Assembly: GCA_016235455.1 (NCBI GenBank)
Contig: JACRKZ010000060.1
Span: 1 to 50,655 of the forward strand
Length of the DNA: 50,655 nucleotides
Direction of reading: 5' to 3'
Source of the DNA: Armatimonadota bacterium
GTDB taxonomy: Bacteria > Armatimonadota > UBA10988
Shown here: positions 47,001-50,655 of the stretch, in pieces
How the letters are laid out: each line of letters opens with the position of its first letter
Position numbering within the stretch: the first letter of the stretch is position 1
Translations under genes and position numbers: made by a program
Notes under the pieces: generated by a model
What the model was told of the DNA's origin: nothing
Databases searched by the model: none
The model's input: the letters and a program-made list of their open reading frames with translations, nothing else

Positions 47001-48079
47001 CGGTCAAGCTGCCTGACCGGCAGTTGGCCTGGAAGCCCTACGACTTCTCCTGGCGACTGGGCCGCGAGGGCGATCCCGGCCATCAGGGCTACCACGGGCT
47101 CAAGGAGAACGTGAGCGACGAGTTCCTGTGCCTGGGCAAGCCCCAGGGCGGCCTGAACGAGACGCTGTACGTGCCCGAGGACGGCGGCGGGCGCTACTAC
47201 CTGTGGAGCTCGGTTACCGTGCCCCAGGCCACCGCCGCCACGCTCGTCTCGGGCGGGCTGAAGGTCGCCGCGGCCTGGCTCGCGGGCCAGCCGGTGACCG
47301 ACCAGCTCAGCCTGTCGGCCGGGGCCAACCCGCTGCTGCTGCGCATCGAGCAGGCCGGCCGCGGCCACGTCGTGGTGCGCCGGGCCGGCCCCGAGCCGAC
47401 CGCCAGGACTCCGCTGAGCATGTGCTGGTACGACGATCCGCGCGTCATCCCGTTCGACCCCCGGCCCGCCGAGACCGCACCAGCCGGCTGGTACCGGTTC
47501 GTGGCACCGCCGGGCCTGAAGGGCTTTCGGGCCAGCGTGCGGGGCCAGATGCAGGCCTGGGCCGATGGTCAGCCGCTACGTGTCGAACAGCGCGACGGCC
47601 ACCAGTGGGTGAAGCTCGGACAGCCGGCCGGCGGCCGCGTGGTCGTGGCCCTGCGCATCGCCCAGGAGCGAGGCCGCTACGGCGGCGCGGCACTGCCCGA
47701 GCCTATCGCGCTCGACTGCGGACCGGGCACGACGCCGCTGGGCGACTGGTCGCAGGGCAGCGTGCTGGAGACCTACTCCGGCGGCGCTGTCTATCGCCAC
47801 AACCTGACGCTGACCGCGGCGCAAGCCGCCGGCGCTCCGCGGCTCGACCTGGGCGACGTGGTGGCCACGGCCGAGGTGCGCATCAACGGTCAGTCGGCGG
47901 GAGTCCGCGTGGCGCCGCCCTGGCGGTTCGATCTGTCAGGCAAGGCCAAGGCCGGCGACAACCAGATCGAGGTCATCGTCTACAGCACGCTGGCCAACCA
48001 CTACCGTACCATCCCGACGCGCTACCGCGGATCGCTCAAGGCGGGGCTGGTCGGGCCGGTGCGGCTGGAGTGGCGCTAG
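44009..48079 (+). CDS. Large secreted GH106-like (alpha-L-rhamnosidase-type) glycoside hydrolase with extra beta-sandwich domains
   Basis: AGGAG RBS, signal peptide. PYWWW.GD, FFQDEL, KVSSSIAHLY..PRVWLE, RLSYLLSQG..DVA..YP, PELWDPWTG, LDLGDV..TAEV.ING...G....PPWRFD, GL.GPVRL. Confidence 0.75.
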   Translation: MLCASLVLLAALQLGAEDLADPSRLPKPPANSPGFPSRSAELDALPGFQTPPPGYGEVPYWWWTGDKLDVARMTEQIEQLAAKGISGVQVNYAHGDVAPWLTYPADPPIFSDAWWQAWRQVAEVCAKHNMGIGISGYTIDWPNQPGNLFGQLLYKDAETWGCELGQPTRVDVAAGQTLSRDLPAEGIGVWAYRTGPGGLTRATDLATAVKDGKLTWTAPAEGPWQVWIYTAAKRPNTYNPIHPESGRRVIDRFFAPFEQHNGGKSAGLNFFFQDELIFGVGDHQWTTDLPAEFARRKGYPLFEALPGLWGALGDRNPKARMDYADVRTALAEERYFKPIFDWHWQRGMIYACDPGSRGRNPGEFGDYMRANRWYTGDYMRANRWYTAPGHDTPGGSGDPIKGKVSSSIAHLYQRPRVWLEGYHSLGWQANPATLMHATRENFLYGCTLLNLHGLYYSTYGSFWEWAPPCYHFRMPYWEHMRTFLSYFDRLSYLLSQGVHRCDVAMVYPVAAHEAEMDAGGATNTAFDTGEKLIRAGIDFDFVDHQSLERAVVRDGRLEVSGESYSCLLLPAMRAVRWSTIQKALELQRAGGTVIAIGALPEASDRAGANDPELKAALAELFGKPGEVKQDKGRGLFAAPTAVGSRRYEGGFEGRFAWTTETNHDAWFKGVYHGPAGKARVRFLCDNAGKLFRDGKQLCEGANYSQGWTGEVDLRDGAVLTIDAYDEDGAPNKAGMYLALVRDGKTFFSTADLKCTATRPAGDAWRTDAALDGWHNVDFANVHEAHLGTANTPIEQVMKLLPRDWRGEKTVRGLHRRVGPRDVYFLMDAAPSSEITFSVQGRPELWDPWTGDTSPLTVTAADAQGTKVQLPAEIEDAVVVTFSPGQPAVTAAQPPPAARQAVEVAGDWGFELRPTLDNKWGDFRLPVVDKTLGAEARIFRYAEETAADPGWQAPGFDDSRWPSVTHGFGQQLWVLGPVPNTAELDGVLTGLRAVKAGDTVKLPDRQLAWKPYDFSWRLGREGDPGHQGYHGLKENVSDEFLCLGKPQGGLNETLYVPEDGGGRYYLWSSVTVPQATAATLVSGGLKVAAAWLAGQPVTDQLSLSAGANPLLLRIEQAGRGHVVVRRAGPEPTARTPLSMCWYDDPRVIPFDPRPAETAPAGWYRFVAPPGLKGFRASVRGQMQAWADGQPLRVEQRDGHQWVKLGQPAGGRVVVALRIAQERGRYGGAALPEPIALDCGPGTTPLGDWSQGSVLETYSGGAVYRHNLTLTAAQAAGAPRLDLGDVVATAEVRINGQSAGVRVAPPWRFDLSGKAKAGDNQIEVIVYSTLANHYRTIPTRYRGSLKAGLVGPVRLEWR
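45101..45166 (+). repeat. Exact 33-bp tandem duplication (GDYMRANRWYT x2)
   Basis: GGCGACTACATGCGCGCCAACCGCTGGTACACC at 45101-45133 and again at 45134-45166. Confidence 0.97.
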
Positions 48080-48093
48080 CGTCCGAAAGGCCA

Positions 48094-48178
48094 ACCACAG
48101 AGGACACAGAGAGCACAGAGAAGAGCAAGATCCAGGTCATTTCTCGCTGATCTCTGTGTCCTCTGTGCCCTCTGTGGT
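48094..48178. repeat. REP-like palindromic element with 9-nt periodic CACAGAG units
   Basis: ACCACAGAGGACACAGAGAGCACAGAGA (48094-48121) and TCTCTGTGTCCTCTGTGCCCTCTGTGGT (48151-48178): 28-bp arms, 3 differences, between convergent genes. Confidence 0.85.
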
Positions 48179-48191
48179 CTACATCCGGCGA

Positions 48192-49359
48192 TCACTTGCC
48201 CGGCGTGGTCTCGCGCGCGATGACCTGCTCGATGGCCTTGCCCAGCGCCGCATGCATCTCCTTGGCATCGCCGGGGTAGCCGGCGTGCTGGACCATCCAC
48301 ACGGTGACGATGCCGCGGCGGCTGTCGACGTTCATGTTGGTCGAGAACGCTCCGCCATGGCCAAAGCTGCCGTTGCCCACCGAGGCCGTAGCTTTCCTTG
48401 ACCGCGTCCTCGGTCTGCTTGCGTGTCATCTCGCCCACCGCCGCCTCGGACAGGTAGCGCCGGCCCTCATACACACCGCGGTTGAGCAGCATCTGGCAGA
48501 AGCGCGCCACATCGGCCGCGGTGGAGAACAGCCCGCCGCCAGGCGCCGCATAGCGGCCGGGCCCGTCGAGCGGGTACTTGAGGTAGTTGATGCGCGTCTC
48601 CTCCAGGTCGACCTTGTCCTTGACCGGTCGGTACGACTTGGCCAGCCTCCGGACGGCCTCGGTGGTCGGGAAGAAGGTGGTGTCCTTCATGCCCAGCGGC
48701 CCGAACAGCCGGGTCTGGAGGAACTGCTCATAGGGCATACCACTGACGATCTGGACGATCAGGCCGGCGGCGTCGATGCCCTCGTTGGAGTAGGTGTAGC
48801 CCGTGCCCGGCTCAAACAGCAGCGGGTCGGCCAGGTCGTGCTTGATCGACTCGGCCAGCGGTACGCAGTCGATGACCATCTTGTCGGTCGGATTGAGGAA
48901 GCGCATGCCGCTGGTGTGGCACAGCACCTGTCGCACCGTGATGGCGCTGGCCGGCGCGTGCGGCGGCGTCTTGTCGTTAGCATCCTTTGGGCCGACCTTG
49001 AGTTCGGCGAACTCGGGAATGTACTTGGTGACGGGGTCGGTCAGGCTGACCTTACCGTCATCGACCAGCATCATCAGCGCCGCCGCGGTGACGGCCTTGG
49101 TCTGCGAGGCGATCCAGAACAGAGAGTCGGCCCTCATCGGCGCGGCCGCCGCGATATCGGCATAGCCCACGGTCTCGGTGTCGAGGATGCGGTCGCGCCC
49201 GGCGACCAGCACCACGGCGCCGGCCAGACGATGCGCATCGACGAACGGCTGCAGCGCGCCGGCGATGGGCTTGGCGGGCGCCTCGGCGGCGCTGACCAGC
49301 CCGGCTGCGAACAGCAGCGGCAGCAACAGGCGTAGGCGAGCTGAGCGGTGATGGGCCAT
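48192..49359 (-). pseudogene. Secreted serine hydrolase (beta-lactamase class C-like), frameshifted near 48381
   Basis: SxxK (ASQTK), LCHTSG, YSN, GGLFSTAAD in ORF 48076-49359. The family C-terminus (FGHGGAFSTNM.VD...VWMVQ) continues in another frame, 48192-48380. Confidence 0.75.
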
Positions 49360-49382
49360 CGATCGGTTCTCCGGTGAGTGGT

Positions 49383-49416
49383 GATTGGGGCGCGAGCGCG
49401 GGCATTCCTTCCGGCC
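49383..49416 (-). promoter_or_regulatory. Variant of the AGGA-N17/18-(G/C)AATC motif upstream of the serine hydrolase
   Basis: Minus strand GGCCGGAAGGA-N18-CAATC, ending 23 nt before ATG 49359. Confidence 0.4.
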
Positions 49417-49422
49417 AAGTCA

Positions 49423-49451
49423 CAGCGTATGTCAGCCGGCCCAGCGTATAG
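49423..49451 (+). promoter_or_regulatory. Putative ECF-type promoter/operator CAGCGTAT-N13-GCGTATAG, copy 1
   Basis: Identical half-sites, spacing and distance to ATG (26 nt) as the copy at 50430-50458. Confidence 0.6.
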
Positions 49452-49477
49452 GGCGAAAGAGCCGCGGAGAGGGTCGC

Positions 49478-49651
49478 ATGGTCGCAGTCCTGGTCTACCT
49501 GCTCGTGTCGTTCCTCTCGTGGTGGTTCGTGTTTGCGGTGCTGGGGCTCCTGGCGTTCACGTTCGCCTGGCACGGCACGGCGGCGTTGTGCCGGCACTTT
49601 CGCAAGCCATGCGGCCGGAGGCGCGTGGTGTTTGGGCCATCGGTGCCGTGA
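49478..49651 (+). CDS. Small hydrophobic hypothetical protein (57 aa)
   Basis: GGAGAGGG RBS; MVAVLVYLLVSFLSWWFVFAVLGLLAFTFAW followed by a basic tail. Confidence 0.5.
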   Translation: MVAVLVYLLVSFLSWWFVFAVLGLLAFTFAWHGTAALCRHFRKPCGRRRVVFGPSVP

Positions 49652-49674
49652 GACGAGCGTCAGGGGGTGTTGCT

Positions 49675-49884
49675 ATGCGCGGAGCCAAGTGGCTGTGTGT
49701 GGTGCTCGGTCTGTGCCATGGGACGTTGGCCAATGGCCTGCTCTTCGGCGGCCCCTCGCCCGACGGCCAACCCCGGGGCGAGACCGCCATCGAGCGCTGG
49801 GTGGCGGCCTTCGTGGGGGTCGCCCTGTCGTTGGCGCTGATCGGTGGCGGACTGTGGCTGACCAAGACACGCCGCGACGGGTGA
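49675..49884 (+). CDS. Small exported protein with C-terminal TM anchor and basic tail (69 aa)
   Basis: AGGGGG RBS; signal-like MRGAKWLCVVLGLCHGTLA-N; ends VAAFVGVALSLALIGGGLWLTKTRRDG. Confidence 0.55.
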   Translation: MRGAKWLCVVLGLCHGTLANGLLFGGPSPDGQPRGETAIERWVAAFVGVALSLALIGGGLWLTKTRRDG

Positions 49885-49894
49885 GGGGTGTGGC

Positions 49895-50311
49895 ATGGGC
49901 ACCGCTTTCGCGCTGCTGCTGATCCTGACCGCGATCTGGTGCCTGTCGGCGCCCATCGAGGCCCTCGTGCTGCTGCTGGCGCTGTCGCGACGCCACTCAT
50001 GGCGACGCAGACTCTTCGCCGGCGTGTGGCTGAGCGCCTGCATTCTGCCGCTCTGGATGCTGGCCGCGCCCTTTGTGGAGCATCCGGCCATCACCGCGCT
50101 GTTTGGCGTGGTCGACTTCCGCGGCTCGGTCATGGATCCCAGCGTGTTGGCCGGCCTGCTGGCCATGGCCGTCGCGAAGTGCGAGCTGTTCTGGGTGGCT
50201 TTCGACCGCGACGCGCCGCCGGCGTCGCCGCAAGTGGCGCAGGACATGATCGCGGTGCTGCTGGCGAGCGCGCTGCCCATCCTTGTGGGGGGCTGTCTGA
50301 TCGGCGGCTAG
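49895..50311 (+). CDS. Hypothetical integral membrane protein (about 4 TM)
   Basis: GAGGGG RBS, 10 nt after the previous stop; four hydrophobic segments; LSRRHSWRRRLFAG loop. Confidence 0.7.
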   Translation: MGTAFALLLILTAIWCLSAPIEALVLLLALSRRHSWRRRLFAGVWLSACILPLWMLAAPFVEHPAITALFGVVDFRGSVMDPSVLAGLLAMAVAKCELFWVAFDRDAPPASPQVAQDMIAVLLASALPILVGGCLIGG

Positions 50312-50429
50312 GGGCCGAATGGCGCCGGATCGCATCCGGCCGCCTGACGGCCGAACAGCAACCAGTCTCGCCCCGACTGGATCCGGTGGCCGCGCCCTGA
50401 CGGGGCCAGACGCGACCTCGCCATTTGCG

Positions 50430-50458
50430 CAGCGTATTCCAAGGTGTGGTGCGTATAG
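50430..50458 (+). promoter_or_regulatory. Putative ECF-type promoter/operator CAGCGTAT-N13-GCGTATAG, copy 2
   Basis: Matches copy 1; followed by an AGGAGG RBS and ATG 50485. Confidence 0.6.
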
Positions 50459-50484
50459 AGTCCCAACCGTACAGGAGGGACCTG

Positions 50485-50655
50485 ATGCATGTGAAGTGTG
50501 GTTCGCTGACGATCATCCTGCTCGCCATGGCACGTACCGCTCTGGCCAACCCCGCGCCACCACCACCACCCCCGGCACGACCGGCTGCTGACGCCACCAA
50601 GCCTGCAGACGCCGCCAAGCCGGAGCCGGCGCGGCCGAAGGCAGACGCCGGCCGC
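50485..50655 (+). CDS. Exported Pro/Ala-rich protein, 5' part only (runs off the window)
   Basis: AGGAGG RBS; manual translation MHVKCGSLTIILLAMARTALA-NPAPPPPPPARPAADATKPADAAKPEP..., open to the window end. Confidence 0.7.
   Translation, partial: MHVKCGSLTIILLAMARTALANPAPPPPPPARPAADATKPADAAKPEPARPKADAGR

Noticed and set aside
48360-48400. Programmed ribosomal frameshift
   Set aside because: No slippery X XXY YYZ or homopolymer at the junction, and residues expected in the family appear to be missing, favouring a deletion or error.
48192-49359. Antibiotic-resistance beta-lactamase
   Set aside because: The motifs fit the broad serine hydrolase/esterase family rather than a true AmpC, and the gene is frameshifted.

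Overview
High-GC (visually about 70%) bacterial chromosomal segment with about 30 protein-coding genes. I found no rRNA, tRNA, CRISPR array, integrase or transposase. It is dominated by secreted, carbohydrate-active or carbohydrate-binding proteins: LamG+GH50-like, LamG+GH32, a tandem pectate_lyase_3/GH55-like beta-helix, BNR_4, an (alpha/alpha)6 glycosidase, Tat-exported GH116, GH106-like and a CBM9/GH99-like mosaic. There are also three exported phosphatases and scattered housekeeping genes (dinG-like, ald, pckA, rfbE-like epimerase, ABC ATPase). The gene content suggests a polysaccharide-degrading Armatimonadota/PVC-type organism (inference only). Most notable observations: (i) an exported repeat protein ending in a planctomycete-type cytochrome c module with a contracted CxCH haem motif; (ii) a nuclease-less, half-size MmeI/DrmMI-like adenine methyltransferase coupled to dinG and a secreted glycan-binding protein; (iii) two recurrent bipartite upstream motifs that look like alternative-sigma promoters, one before secreted hydrolases and one before small exported/membrane proteins; (iv) an exact 33-bp in-frame tandem duplication; (v) a frameshifted serine hydrolase; (vi) two structured intergenic inverted-repeat elements; (vii) a PAS/GAF sensor with no output domain. 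Family calls come from motif recognition by eye, not database searches. Start codons were re-picked using RBS and signal-peptide evidence.
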